A stretch of DNA of 64,000 nucleotides from Candidatus Heimdallarchaeota archaeon (GTDB taxonomy: Archaea > Asgardarchaeota > Heimdallarchaeia > Hodarchaeales > Hodarchaeaceae), in the NCBI GenBank assembly GCA_019057635.1, contig DXJL01000104.1, positions 32,001 through 96,000 of the forward strand. Reading direction: 5' to 3'. Shown piece after piece: positions 47,884 through 58,662 of this stretch; the stretch's first letter is position 1; every line of letters starts with the position of its first letter. The notes beneath the pieces were generated by a model, which saw only the letters and a list, made by a program, of their open reading frames with translations, was not told the DNA's origin and searched no databases. A program made the position numbers and the translations under genes.

Positions 47884-48804
47884 TCAATGTTCCCCTAACA
47901 TTTCTCGAGTATATTCAATGATTTCTCTTGGCTTATTCATTAAGAGTATATTTTTTCGTGCGTTTGCTGCATAGCGGAAATGTTTCAAGAAATCAGAAGA
48001 CTGTACTCGTAAATTAAAAAGATTATAATACTCTGTATTCTCCATATATTGTACTAAACGATCATATACATATTGTGATGATAATTGTGGCTTTTTTTGA
48101 AATATTTGAGGATTTCCACGAGCTGATCTCCCAATTGCAACACCTTTCACTCCGAATTGGTTAATTACTTGACACGCATGATCATAAGATCGAATATCCC
48201 CATTCGCTATTATCGGGATGGTAGAATATTTGACTGCTTGTTCCCAATAACCCCATTTCGCAGAAATTTGGTAATTATCGGTTGCGAGACGAGAGTGAAA
48301 GGTAATAAAAGACACACCAGCTTTTTCTGCTATTTTTATCACTTCAGGATAAGTAATTTCATTAAAACCTGCCCGGATCTTTAATGCAAATGGTAATTTT
48401 GAGCTTGTACTTCCGATTTCAAGCAATTCCTTCAGCAAAATATGATTTTGTACAGTTAAAAGGTATGCTCCGAGTCCCGCATTTGTGATTTTAGGTTTAG
48501 GGCACCCTAGATTTAGTTCTATAAAATCAGAAAGATTTTCTGATTCAATGAGTTCAATTGTGTTCACTAAGTCGTCTGGGCTATTGGTTAGCAATTGTAT
48601 GCCGTACTTTTCTTCGGTTTTTGCTCGAGTGATCCTTCTTAATGACTTAGGATCTTTATATAATATGCCCTTTGCGTAGGTCATCTCACTTATAGTTACT
48701 GCTCCAAACTCTGCACATATCCTACGAAAGGGGGGGATAGTAATTTCTGCAAGAGGTGATAAAATCAAAGGATTTTTTAAACCGAGTACAGATACTTTAA
48801 TCAC
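47884..48804 (-). CDS. dus: tRNA-dihydrouridine synthase
   Basis: LSPLA, SEM, NLGCP, KIRAG, HSR, IANGDI, IGRSARGNP. Confidence 0.9.
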   Translation of the reverse strand: MIKVSVLGLKNPLILSPLAEITIPPFRRICAEFGAVTISEMTYAKGILYKDPKSLRRITRAKTEEKYGIQLLTNSPDDLVNTIELIESENLSDFIELNLGCPKPKITNAGLGAYLLTVQNHILLKELLEIGSTSSKLPFALKIRAGFNEITYPEVIKIAEKAGVSFITFHSRLATDNYQISAKWGYWEQAVKYSTIPIIANGDIRSYDHACQVINQFGVKGVAIGRSARGNPQIFQKKPQLSSQYVYDRLVQYMENTEYYNLFNLRVQSSDFLKHFRYAANARKNILLMNKPREIIEYTREMLGEH

Positions 48805-48880
48805 CTAAGGAACAATTTATCCCCCAGATAGTAAACTCTAAAGAATACTTCTCAACGCTTCTTCACCATGAGGATAGTTT

Positions 48881-49570
48881 ATGAAGCCAAAAGCTCTTCT
48901 TTTTGATTTAGATGGCACTTTAGTGAATACTCTCCGCGTTTTCCCTCAATTAATCGCACAGGAATTCATGTTCAATCCAAATTCAAAGAGTGTACGCAAT
49001 TACCTTCATAGATTAGGGGTTATATATAATTCTGGCAACAAACATTCCTGGTTTAAACCAGAATTTTTCCTTACTCTAAAAGCGGATTTTAATCTCTCAT
49101 GGTTTACATTAGGTAAAGGTTTAATGCGTGTTTTGTGGTTATTTCTGAAATGGGACAGTACTCCACATATAATTCCTGGTGTCATCGAAACTCTTACCCA
49201 ACTCAAATCACAAGGATATTTTCTTGGAATTGTATCAAACGGTTCTCCTCGACTTTTAAAAAAACGGTTTGGTGCCTATTTAGACCTTTTTGATGTTTTA
49301 ATAGAATCTAAAAGTATTGGAGTTTCAAAACCATCGCCTATTCCACTGTATTATGCTTGTTCGAAGTTAAAAATTAATAAAAAGGATGCGATCTTCATAG
49401 GGGATACTTTAGTTGATTTATTGGCAGCAAAAAACGCAAAAATGCGAGTCATCCTTGTTCGAACAGGTGTTTTTGGGGATAACTTTCCTATTACAGAAGT
49501 TGAATATGAACCAATATCTATAATTCCTACTGTCGGAAAGGGTCTTATTAAAGTTCTTTCTAAGATGTAA
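48881..49570 (+). CDS. HAD-family hydrolase
   Basis: FDLDGTL; SN; KPSP; IGDT..D. Confidence 0.9.
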   Translation: MKPKALLFDLDGTLVNTLRVFPQLIAQEFMFNPNSKSVRNYLHRLGVIYNSGNKHSWFKPEFFLTLKADFNLSWFTLGKGLMRVLWLFLKWDSTPHIIPGVIETLTQLKSQGYFLGIVSNGSPRLLKKRFGAYLDLFDVLIESKSIGVSKPSPIPLYYACSKLKINKKDAIFIGDTLVDLLAAKNAKMRVILVRTGVFGDNFPITEVEYEPISIIPTVGKGLIKVLSKM

Positions 49571-49611
49571 GAGGAAGTAGGAAAAGTACCTACAACATCC
49601 TCTTCTACAGC

Positions 49612-50760
49612 TTAATTTTCCTTTAGAGTTAATCTGCTAGCAACCACAAGCATTAAGACAAAGCTAATTTGAAATAATAGTCCAAAATTTAAAGGCTCTA
49701 GAACATACCCTTCTATCGCGATTTGTCGTAATAAATCGACAGAATAAGTGGTTGGTAATAAATAACTAACCCATCTGATAATTTCAGGAATTTGGCTAAG
49801 TGGAATTACAATACCAGAAAGTAATAAGACTGGAATTATTGTAATAGGAATGAATTGCACCGCTTGAAATTCTGATCTAGCAAATGCTGAAAGGAAGATA
49901 GCAAGTACCAAACCCGTCCAACCAACTATTATTGCTGCTATATAAAGTGAAATGTAATTAGCAATTGTAACTCCCAAGGATACTTGGAAAACAAGTCCTG
50001 CTATAAGAATTATCAGAGTAGTTTGGATTGTACTGACGATTGAAAATGCAGCTAGATACCCTAAAATTATTTCAATTTTATCATATGGACATTGAAGAAG
50101 TAATGATAATGTTCCTGATCTTCTTTCTTCTATTAATGTCATTATAACAAGCATAAAAGAGAAAAAGAAGACACCATAGACAATCATACCCGGTGTAAAG
50201 AAATCTAAAGTTGAAATATCTTTTCCATAAGCGTACGTAACATCAAATCCAAGATTTGCACGAAATTCGCCAGTAGCTTGTTGGAAAGACTCCTGGATTG
50301 CCTGAATTACTACTCCTCCTACCTGTGGATTAGAGTTATCAAAATAAATCTCCAGAGATATATTTGACCCTTGGGGGCTTACAAGATTATAGGTGAAATT
50401 CACAGGAATTAGTACTGCACAAGCATATTTTTTATTATCAACCTCTTTCTTAGCTGATTCGTAATCTGTTAGATGAGTGACATCAACTCTAGGATCATCA
50501 AGATCAAGTGTGTTAGTAATTGAATCACCTAATGATGAAACAGTTTCATTAAAAACAATGAAGATACCGTATGTTATGACTACTTCAGCATCACTATCAT
50601 TATTGATTATGGCAATGGGTACATGTTCAATCTCTCCACCAAAGGCGATTCCAAACATTACCATAAAAAGAGCTGGAGCGACTACAACTAGACCGACAGT
50701 TCGATGATCTCGTGATAAGGTTCGAAAAAGTCTTTTCATTATAAGAAATGTTAACCTCAT
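49612..50760 (-). CDS. ABC-2 type permease
   Basis: EERRSGTL; six-TM pattern; LLPTTY; overlaps the ATPase stop. Confidence 0.9.
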   Translation of the reverse strand: MRLTFLIMKRLFRTLSRDHRTVGLVVVAPALFMVMFGIAFGGEIEHVPIAIINNDSDAEVVITYGIFIVFNETVSSLGDSITNTLDLDDPRVDVTHLTDYESAKKEVDNKKYACAVLIPVNFTYNLVSPQGSNISLEIYFDNSNPQVGGVVIQAIQESFQQATGEFRANLGFDVTYAYGKDISTLDFFTPGMIVYGVFFFSFMLVIMTLIEERRSGTLSLLLQCPYDKIEIILGYLAAFSIVSTIQTTLIILIAGLVFQVSLGVTIANYISLYIAAIIVGWTGLVLAIFLSAFARSEFQAVQFIPITIIPVLLLSGIVIPLSQIPEIIRWVSYLLPTTYSVDLLRQIAIEGYVLEPLNFGLLFQISFVLMLVVASRLTLKEN

Positions 50761-51506
50761 TGTGTTTCCCCCTTAATCAGTTCAAAAAACATATTTTCCA
50801 TATTGTGCTGATTTGTTTGTTCCATGAGTTTTTGTGGTGTCTCTATGGCTATGAGTTTTCCATCTCTCATAACACCCACTCGATCAGCCCATTCAGCTTC
50901 ATTTAAATAGTGAGTGGTGACAACTATTGTTGTATTTTGAGATCTTGCGATTTGTTTGAAATATTCCCAGAATTCTCTTCTAAGTACAGGATCTAAACCA
51001 ACAGTAGGTTCATCAAGAAACACTATTTGAGGATTATTAACCATAGCAGACGCTAAGGCTGTTCGTTGCTGGGTACCACCCGAGAGATGGACAGCTAATT
51101 TTTGTTGATGTTCTGTTAGTGATAACCTTTTGATCATTGCACTTGTGTTAATCTTAGCATCACTATTTGAGAGTCCTTTCGCTTTTGCAAAGAACTCAAT
51201 ATTTTCTCGTGCAGTAAGCATATCATAGAGGGCTTTTCGTTGGGGTAAATATCCCATTATTTTCCTTAACTTCTTTTTCTCTGCTGGGATATTAAAACCC
51301 TTGACACGAATGTTTGTATCTCCTTTCTCTGGTTTAAGAATTCCTAGTATGAGTTTAATTGTTGTTGTTTTACCTGCGGCATTTGGTCCAACTAAACAGA
51401 AGATTTCTCCTTGCTTAATATTTAGATCCAAATTATCTACAGCATTTATCGTACCAAATTTCTTATTGACATTTCTTAACTCTACATCATATTTCAACAA
51501 TTGCAC
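50757..51506 (-). CDS. ABC transporter ATP-binding protein
   Basis: GPNAAGKTT, LSGG, LDEPTVGLDP, TTH. Confidence 0.95.
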   Translation of the reverse strand: MQLLKYDVELRNVNKKFGTINAVDNLDLNIKQGEIFCLVGPNAAGKTTTIKLILGILKPEKGDTNIRVKGFNIPAEKKKLRKIMGYLPQRKALYDMLTARENIEFFAKAKGLSNSDAKINTSAMIKRLSLTEHQQKLAVHLSGGTQQRTALASAMVNNPQIVFLDEPTVGLDPVLRREFWEYFKQIARSQNTTIVVTTHYLNEAEWADRVGVMRDGKLIAIETPQKLMEQTNQHNMENMFFELIKGETQ

Positions 51507-51593
51507 CCGTTAAGTTTGAATGAGAGAATTAGACATTTTTCTTCACGACTTTGTCTAATTTTACGTCCAAAATAAATTATTGATTTATGTTTC

Positions 51594-52562
51594 TCACTTT
51601 GAGAGAAGAAAAATTTGTTGAGCACGTTTCAAGAATTCTATATTTAATTCCTCCATATCGTGATATGCGCTCAAAAGTTCACTAAACCGCTTTTCTATTA
51701 CAGCTCTATTAGGTAAAATTGATCTATAGAGGATTGGAAACGTTACTACTACTAAACCATAATTTAATGAATTATTGAGCTTTATCCGTTCATCGACATG
51801 GTCTTTTTCAGTCATCCTAAACCCATAAACTAAACTATGATATTTACTAAAGGGACTTGGAGGTTGAATCGTCTCTTCTTGGTGGTTATTGGAAGCTATA
51901 AACGGATGAGGACTAGGAACAGGTAGTTCGTATAATCCTTGTGCATAATCATGTCCTGTCCCCGTAGCAGACATGTAATGTGTCCCTAATTTCACAAGAA
52001 AGCTTTCTCTGTCTTGTTCAGATTCAAATGCATTTTCAAAAGGAAGAGGGGATGTGAGATATGGCTCGGGTCCTACTTGGCCAAATTTGAATACGGAAAT
52101 TGACAATTGTGTGGGATCAGCTTCCAAGCGTTTAGCTAGGACAGTTTCCTGCAGTAATTTTCGTTCAAGCAAGAGGGGAACAATATTTTCTTTAAAATCT
52201 GCTTGTAGGAGATCTTCTTTTGTGATATAATCTTGAATACCTAACTTCATTGCCTGCACGGCAATTTGTTCCGATCCTAAACCAGTTACCATAATGATTG
52301 GAATTTCTGGATTCAAATTTCTAATTTCTCGTATCACATCAATGCCAGAAAGTTCTGTTGGAAGACTATAATCCACTAGAATTAGGTCATAATCTGGTTC
52401 TCCCTTAATCTTCTCAACAGCTTGTTCACCTGTTTCACTTATCGTGATATTGTGGATTCCAAGGCTATTTAGACGTTTTACAAACAGAAGTTGATGATCT
52501 TTCGAATCCTCAACCAGAAGTACCCGTGCGTTGATAATGGGATCGATATTTTCATCACTCAT
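51594..52562 (-). CDS. Response regulator: receiver domain plus a longin/uDENN-like C-terminal domain
   Basis: Receiver motifs LLVEDS, LVDYSLP, MVTG and DYITK are clear. The C-terminal fold call is by pattern only. Confidence 0.85.
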   Translation of the reverse strand: MSDENIDPIINARVLLVEDSKDHQLLFVKRLNSLGIHNITISETGEQAVEKIKGEPDYDLILVDYSLPTELSGIDVIREIRNLNPEIPIIMVTGLGSEQIAVQAMKLGIQDYITKEDLLQADFKENIVPLLLERKLLQETVLAKRLEADPTQLSISVFKFGQVGPEPYLTSPLPFENAFESEQDRESFLVKLGTHYMSATGTGHDYAQGLYELPVPSPHPFIASNNHQEETIQPPSPFSKYHSLVYGFRMTEKDHVDERIKLNNSLNYGLVVVTFPILYRSILPNRAVIEKRFSELLSAYHDMEELNIEFLKRAQQIFLLSK

Positions 52563-52705
52563 GTGGGTACCTTCATGATATAATCGTTACGTAGTAAATT
52601 CTGATTAGGTTAGAGAAATTATGTTTTTTATTTGTATCTAAATATTTGTATATTCTCCTCCTTAGTCCTCCCTTTTCTGGATGAGAGAATCTCTCTAAAG
52701 TAACC

Positions 52706-53737
52706 CTAATCCACATTTTGCTTTGGCGGAAAATACCCGTGTGATGTTAACCATTCATACGACTCATCAAGTGTAATTTCCATGTTCTTTTCTGGTTCAA
52801 AGTTGAGTTCCGTTTTTATTTTCGTATCATCATAACGGCGAGACTTGGCAAATTTTGTTACACGATACCTATTCAATGTCGTTTTTCGACCTGAGATCTT
52901 TGAATAGAGTTCGGATAATACAGCTACAGTGTAAACAAGACGGTAATTCATTGGAGAGGGGGCTTTGGTCGGATTAACTAATTTAACAATATACTCTAAG
53001 AAATTCATCATTTTACTTTCAAAGGATCGGATATTGTATGCTTGTCCTTTCGAACGTGACTTATTAGAATCTAACAGAAGTAGTGCAGAACAAAGATCGA
53101 GTGGGTGAATAAATGTAGCATACATATCTCCTCCTCTTAAAATTGGGAATTTATGTTCATAGACTGCTTTGAATATTTCACCTATCGTTTTAGTGTCTCG
53201 TGGTCCTATTACACTAGGTGATCTAACAAGACTGAAATTTTCCCATCCTTCATGTTCCTTCAGCTCCCATAAATGCTTTTCCTGGTAATATTTACTCTTT
53301 TGATATATACTTGTAGGATTAAACCGGTATGTTTCAGTTATTCGTGTACTAGGAATATAATGGCCGTAAACTCCCGTAGAACTCACGTGAGAAATGAATG
53401 GATCGGTATTAGCATTCCGACAAACTGATACTAAATTCTCTAGTCCTTCGACATTAACCCTGTAAAGGTCTTTCCATGTAGCCCAATCATCTGCTCTCGC
53501 TGCTAAATGAATAACAGAAGTAACATCTTTAATTGCTTTCTTTAGACTGGTAATGTCATTTAAATCAGCTTCAATCGGAGTTAATCCGAGTTTTTCAACT
53601 TTCAGCCTACTCTCGGAATTACGTACAATGACACGACATTCACTCTCGTTTAATGAAGGTGTAGCGGTAAATTTTTCTAGTAAAAAACTCCCTACTAGAC
53701 CAGTACCACCAGTAATTAAGAAAACCATACTCACCAC
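52706..53737 (-). CDS. NAD-dependent epimerase/dehydratase (3-beta-HSD-like extended SDR)
   Basis: TGGTGLVG, HLAA, SSTGVYG, YQKSK. Confidence 0.9.
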   Translation of the reverse strand: MVSMVFLITGGTGLVGSFLLEKFTATPSLNESECRVIVRNSESRLKVEKLGLTPIEADLNDITSLKKAIKDVTSVIHLAARADDWATWKDLYRVNVEGLENLVSVCRNANTDPFISHVSSTGVYGHYIPSTRITETYRFNPTSIYQKSKYYQEKHLWELKEHEGWENFSLVRSPSVIGPRDTKTIGEIFKAVYEHKFPILRGGDMYATFIHPLDLCSALLLLDSNKSRSKGQAYNIRSFESKMMNFLEYIVKLVNPTKAPSPMNYRLVYTVAVLSELYSKISGRKTTLNRYRVTKFAKSRRYDDTKIKTELNFEPEKNMEITLDESYEWLTSHGYFPPKQNVD

Positions 53738-53801
53738 GGATGTATTCGTGTTTTGCTCCTTGAATTACTGTAATTAATTAGTTGTTTGAAACATTCATGA
53801 A

Positions 53802-54599
53802 TCATTTCCCAGTATCACTTAACCAGAAATCTAAGCTAGTATCCTTAGTGCCAAGATCGATTATTTGGTCTTTTATCCGTCTTTCAGCAATTTGATAGAT
53901 TTTTTCTGATAATTCAAAGCCGATGAACTGTCTATTGTATTTTATTGCTGATAATACCACACTCCCACTCCCTAAAAAGGGTTCAAGTATGGTATCACCC
54001 TCATTACTTCCCATTCGTACACATTTATCAGTGATTGCTAAAGGAAGTCGAGTTGGTGTCTTTTCTCCCCCTTTCTGATAATCTCTGTTAATACGCCAGA
54101 CATCCTCAAAATATAGTTTCCCTGGGGAACTGCTATATTCAGGTACCCTATTAAACGTCCGTAATCTATCCTCCTTCACCCCTAATTTAGTGAAATACAG
54201 TATATGGTAATGACTTGTGACAAACCGTTTTTTTGTAAACACTCCGAATTGATATTTCCATACAATGTGATTGATAATCCGAAACCCTAATTCAGCAAGC
54301 GCATTCAAAATATCCCCCAAATGGTTCCATCCACTGAAAATATAACCACTAGCCCTAGGTTTCATAGCTTCCCAACAGGGTTTCAACCAATTTAAGGTAA
54401 AATCATAATATTCATCAGCAGAGACCTCATGGTACATTTTACCGAGCTCTTTCTGCTTTCTGTTGTATTGAGTTCCAACTTTATGAAAATCTATTCCGAA
54501 AGGAGGGTCGGTTAGTAAAAGATCAATTGAATTCTTCTCAAGCTGAGCTAGGCCATCAATACAATCCATATTATAGATTTGATTAATATCTAAGGGCAT
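53802..54599 (-). CDS. Beta-class DNA amino-methyltransferase (orphan)
   Basis: Motif IV TDPPF precedes motif I EPFLGSGS. Confidence 0.9.
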   Translation of the reverse strand: MPLDINQIYNMDCIDGLAQLEKNSIDLLLTDPPFGIDFHKVGTQYNRKQKELGKMYHEVSADEYYDFTLNWLKPCWEAMKPRASGYIFSGWNHLGDILNALAELGFRIINHIVWKYQFGVFTKKRFVTSHYHILYFTKLGVKEDRLRTFNRVPEYSSSPGKLYFEDVWRINRDYQKGGEKTPTRLPLAITDKCVRMGSNEGDTILEPFLGSGSVVLSAIKYNRQFIGFELSEKIYQIAERRIKDQIIDLGTKDTSLDFWLSDTGK

Positions 54600-54736
54600 G
54601 GGTAGTCATTTACTCCCTGAATTTCACTTAAAAGGTTACAGTTGATAATTCTTTAGATATGAGTTATTAGAAGAAATACCAATCAGAATCGATTGATTGA
54701 GGAGGAGTCTGTTACTATGCTGATAGTGGAGTAACA

Positions 54737-56143
54737 CTATTGCTGAGTTTGAACTCCGTCCAATAATTTGAGCACAATGTCCTCATAAATTGCAGAAAAT
54801 TGTAACATCGATTCTAAGTCAATATATTCATCTACACCATGAATATTTCCTCCTTTGGGCCCGATGTCAATTGCAGGTACTCCAAACATGGTTGCATAAC
54901 GAGCATCTGATGCGCCTTCTTGTTCTTTAGGGGGTTCGTCATCGTCCATTAACTTGTATGCTTTCATAACCTGAGTTGAAATTGTGACCAAAGAATTAGA
55001 AGGATCAGTATAGAAATAACCAGAGGAACCACGGCATTCAAGCTCTACTTGTTCAAATGATCCTAAACTACTGGTAACTGCATCAATTATCCTTCCTTTT
55101 TCATCAGGTGACAGAAAGGCACGAATATCGAATTGTACCGACGTACCATCAGTAGTAGAATACGATAAAATATTCGGATTCATAGTTATCCCAAAATCGC
55201 TCCGCTTTTCTGTCTTCACTTTGCTTAAGACTAAACTTCGGAGTATTCGTAATATTTTTGTTAAATTTTCATCATATGTAACCTGTTGCGTTAAGTCAGA
55301 TTCCGTTTGAGGATCTACAACGGTGGCATGTACCGTATTTGGGATCACATTCCCCTTTACCCACTCACCGGAAATTGTATTGATTTTTACATGAGGGTTG
55401 ATGTGTAAATACTTGGATAATAATAATAGAGCATGAGAATCTACTCCAGGTACAAAATAAGCACTGTGTCGATTATTATCATATAGAATGCGAGTGAAAA
55501 ACACTTTCTCTTTTACTGACGCTGTTGTTTTTTTAACTAATGGTGGGGCCGTCAATCGTAGGTTAAATCCTGCTCGTCTTTTGAAAACTACCTTTGGGCC
55601 TCCGTCGACATTAATCACACGTTTTGGTAGAATATCAGATTTTTTAGCATAACTAAAAAATTCCCTTGCCCCATATTGCCCTCCACTCTCTTCGTCAGTT
55701 GAAAGAAATAAACCTATTCTGTTGACTACAGATTTGGCTTTAGGATTTAGATTGATTTTTTTTAAAAACATGAGCACAGACACAACAGATCCTTTGCAAT
55801 CCTTTGATCCTCTACCAAAACCCAATTTCTCATCTTTTATTGTCAATTCAAATGGATTGGAATTCCAATCACTTGTAACTGGAACAACATCGAGATGTCC
55901 TAGAAATACAATATCACTTGGTTTAGTAATATCATTTGATATATAAAGAGAACTATACTTCTCAGTTTCAAAAATTTTCGATTTGTATTTAGGATTCCAA
56001 CGAAGGAGAGTTTCTTGAATATCTGCAATAATACTCAGATCAGGAAATTGATTTTCGGAAGGATTATTAACAGTATTATAGTGTATTAAACTTCTTAAAA
56101 GATCTATAGCTGATTCTTCCCAAGTCACTTTCAAGCCATCCAT
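54737..56143 (-). CDS. M20 metallopeptidase (DapE/ArgE-like)
   Basis: GHLDVVP, GRGSKDCKG, DEE, GASDA, HGVDE. Confidence 0.9.
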   Translation of the reverse strand: MDGLKVTWEESAIDLLRSLIHYNTVNNPSENQFPDLSIIADIQETLLRWNPKYKSKIFETEKYSSLYISNDITKPSDIVFLGHLDVVPVTSDWNSNPFELTIKDEKLGFGRGSKDCKGSVVSVLMFLKKINLNPKAKSVVNRIGLFLSTDEESGGQYGAREFFSYAKKSDILPKRVINVDGGPKVVFKRRAGFNLRLTAPPLVKKTTASVKEKVFFTRILYDNNRHSAYFVPGVDSHALLLLSKYLHINPHVKINTISGEWVKGNVIPNTVHATVVDPQTESDLTQQVTYDENLTKILRILRSLVLSKVKTEKRSDFGITMNPNILSYSTTDGTSVQFDIRAFLSPDEKGRIIDAVTSSLGSFEQVELECRGSSGYFYTDPSNSLVTISTQVMKAYKLMDDDEPPKEQEGASDARYATMFGVPAIDIGPKGGNIHGVDEYIDLESMLQFSAIYEDIVLKLLDGVQTQQ

Positions 56144-56211
56144 ACTAAACGAATACTTTTTTAGGAGGTTGCCTAATAATTCAAACTATGGTATGATTAG
56201 GGGAATTACTC

Positions 56212-56415
56212 ATGAAGTTAACTGAAAAAATCATCGATTCTACGACTGGACTCAAAATGAAATCAGGCGCAATAGTGGAAGTACATGTCATTCATAGTCA
56301 GAACAGTGATGAAAAAAGCTTAATGATAAAAACAGATGATGGAGTTCTCTCCCTAGACCAAGATGACATCTCCAGTTTCATGGATCTCTTTAGTAAGTTC
56401 CTAGAAAGTTTTTAA
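56212..56415 (+). CDS. Small hypothetical protein, similar to the N-terminal domain of the next gene
   Basis: 67 aa; purine-rich RBS; beta-beta-beta-alpha-like pattern. Confidence 0.6.
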   Translation: MKLTEKIIDSTTGLKMKSGAIVEVHVIHSQNSDEKSLMIKTDDGVLSLDQDDISSFMDLFSKFLESF

Positions 56416-56434
56416 AATGCAGGATTGATATATA

Positions 56435-57379
56435 ATGGATGTTGAGTATCAAAAAAAGGAAGTTACCTGGTGCTTAGATCGTGTTGGTCCAAAGATTTGT
56501 CTGAAAGCAGTAGCAATAAATGATAAACTTCAACAACTCGAGATTACCAGTGAGGACTTCATTTTAGAATTTGAGAATGAAGAAGCAAGAGAATTTTTAG
56601 ATATCTTAGGAAAGATAATTTCTGCGAAACCAGCCTCTATTCTTGAACCTGTAGTGGTATCACCCCATGTTAAACATGTTGAGAAACCCAAAGAAGAAAT
56701 CGTTTCAATTCCCGAAACAAAGGTAGTAAAACCAAAACCCATTCTTAAACTCGATACGGCGGAAATTTTAGAAGTATTAAAACAATCCGAGAGTAATGAT
56801 GAGGAAGAGAGAATTTCTTTCGTGAAAAAATTTGCTGAAAATGAAGCACTTGTTAAGGAACCTACTACACTACCAATATCACAACAGGTGGCAGAAGAAC
56901 CTGTACCGGGTATATCTGCTGAAGAAAATGTTCGACCATCAGAGATTCTTAGAGAAAAATTAGATACGGCATCATTTTTCGGGGAAGTGGAAGAAAAATC
57001 TCCCCTTGAGCAATTGCTAGAAGAAAAAGAAGATCCTGCTGAAGAAGTTATAACATCAGATCCACTTTCGTCTAGTACAGATTCGTTTACCGAACCAGAA
57101 GAAACTCAACCTCAATCTGAAACAAACGTTCCTTTTTCTCCAGATGACTTAAATTCTACTTCTTTTGTAAGTAATTTTAGTACTGGTTCATTTGAACAAG
57201 AAATAAAATCTGAAAAATTAGAAACTGAAGAAACTGAATCACTAGCCGAACTCGATCATCAAGAACCAGAACCAGATGAACAAAAAGCTTTTTTAAATGA
57301 AGAAGAACGAAAAAAAGATATCGAACGGCAACGTACAGCGAGGAAAAAGCGACTGTGGGAACTTACACGCGGTTTTTAA
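56435..57379 (+). CDS. Protein with a small N-terminal domain, long acidic disordered region and basic C-terminal motif
   Basis: E/P/S-rich middle; ends RKKRLWELTRGF. Confidence 0.75.
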   Translation: MDVEYQKKEVTWCLDRVGPKICLKAVAINDKLQQLEITSEDFILEFENEEAREFLDILGKIISAKPASILEPVVVSPHVKHVEKPKEEIVSIPETKVVKPKPILKLDTAEILEVLKQSESNDEEERISFVKKFAENEALVKEPTTLPISQQVAEEPVPGISAEENVRPSEILREKLDTASFFGEVEEKSPLEQLLEEKEDPAEEVITSDPLSSSTDSFTEPEETQPQSETNVPFSPDDLNSTSFVSNFSTGSFEQEIKSEKLETEETESLAELDHQEPEPDEQKAFLNEEERKKDIERQRTARKKRLWELTRGF

Positions 57380-57427
57380 ACTAATCGTTTGATTTACTTT
57401 TCTTCAACTTGTTCTCAGTGATATCAT

Positions 57428-58627
57428 ATGCTAGATAATGATATTAAACCCGAGATAGTCATCGTTTGTCATGCATATCAGCCCCCTAATCAAACTCCAG
57501 AAGTTTTAGATCGTATTATCAATAATTGTTACATCCCAGTCGCTGAAATGTTAGAGGAAAATCCCGAGATAAAGCTCACTTTGAATTTCAATGCTAGTCT
57601 TAGCGAAATGCTTGAAGCAGGATATACAAATGTAATTGAGAAGTTCGCAAATCTAGCTAGAAATGGCCAAGTAGAATTTCTTGAATCTGGGGCTTATCAC
57701 CCAATTTTACCTTTACTATCAGAAAAAGAATCCCGTTACCAAATAACATTGAATCACCAGATGAACTTGAGGATTTTTGGCTCAGTTTGGCATCCAGTTG
57801 GTTTTTGGCCACCAGAATTAGCTGTATCGCCGATTTTGTTAAACCAGTTAGAATCTTTAGGGTATCAATACACTATTATACCCGAGATTGCCGTGAGTAG
57901 TAATGAAAACCACCCATCACCTCTATTTCAGAAAATCCCAGTTCATCATTCTGCTCCAAATCTAGCGCTTATCTATAGAAATCGTGAACTCTCAAATAAC
58001 ATTTCCTTCAAAAATTACCCCAGTGTTGACAATTTTATTGAGCATGTGAATCTTTTAAAGGCTAAACAACCTCAACAATCGGTTCTAGTTGTTGCTACTG
58101 ATTTAGAAACTTTCGGAGAGCATCATCTCGGTTATGAGAAATTTCTGAAAAAATTTTTGCGAAGATCTGTTACCCATACAGTTAAAGATATTTTAACATT
58201 TCCCAGAGAGAAAATTGAAGTATTTCAGGAAAGTAGTTGGAGCACATCTGAGGAGGATCTCTATAGGAACATTCCTTATCCTCTTTGGGCGTTTCCTGGC
58301 AATTCAATTCATGAAATCCTGAATTTTCATTCTGATATTCTCTCGGAATCGTTGGATTTTTTATTGAGACATAAGGAAGAAAGTGATTTTGAAGTACGTC
58401 AGGCATTGAAGGAAGTGGCAAAGGCTCAATACAGTTGTCAGACATGGTGGGCCTCCGCAAAAGATCATTTCAGTAAAGAACTAATAATAAAAGGATTCGA
58501 AGAACAGAAAAAAGCATTAAATGCCATTTTAAAAGCAATTGGGTCGAATTATCCTCATTCTATATTAAATGCAACCTCTGATAGGCTTGAAAAACGATTA
58601 AAACGCTATTTACAAAGGATTACGTGA
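57428..58627 (+). CDS. Glycoside hydrolase family 57
   Basis: HAYQP, YHPILPLL, WPPELA, DLETFGEH, SSW. Confidence 0.9.
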   Translation: MLDNDIKPEIVIVCHAYQPPNQTPEVLDRIINNCYIPVAEMLEENPEIKLTLNFNASLSEMLEAGYTNVIEKFANLARNGQVEFLESGAYHPILPLLSEKESRYQITLNHQMNLRIFGSVWHPVGFWPPELAVSPILLNQLESLGYQYTIIPEIAVSSNENHPSPLFQKIPVHHSAPNLALIYRNRELSNNISFKNYPSVDNFIEHVNLLKAKQPQQSVLVVATDLETFGEHHLGYEKFLKKFLRRSVTHTVKDILTFPREKIEVFQESSWSTSEEDLYRNIPYPLWAFPGNSIHEILNFHSDILSESLDFLLRHKEESDFEVRQALKEVAKAQYSCQTWWASAKDHFSKELIIKGFEEQKKALNAILKAIGSNYPHSILNATSDRLEKRLKRYLQRIT

Positions 58628-58662
58628 GAAGCAGTGGATATACCTTAACTTGAGTCTAATTT

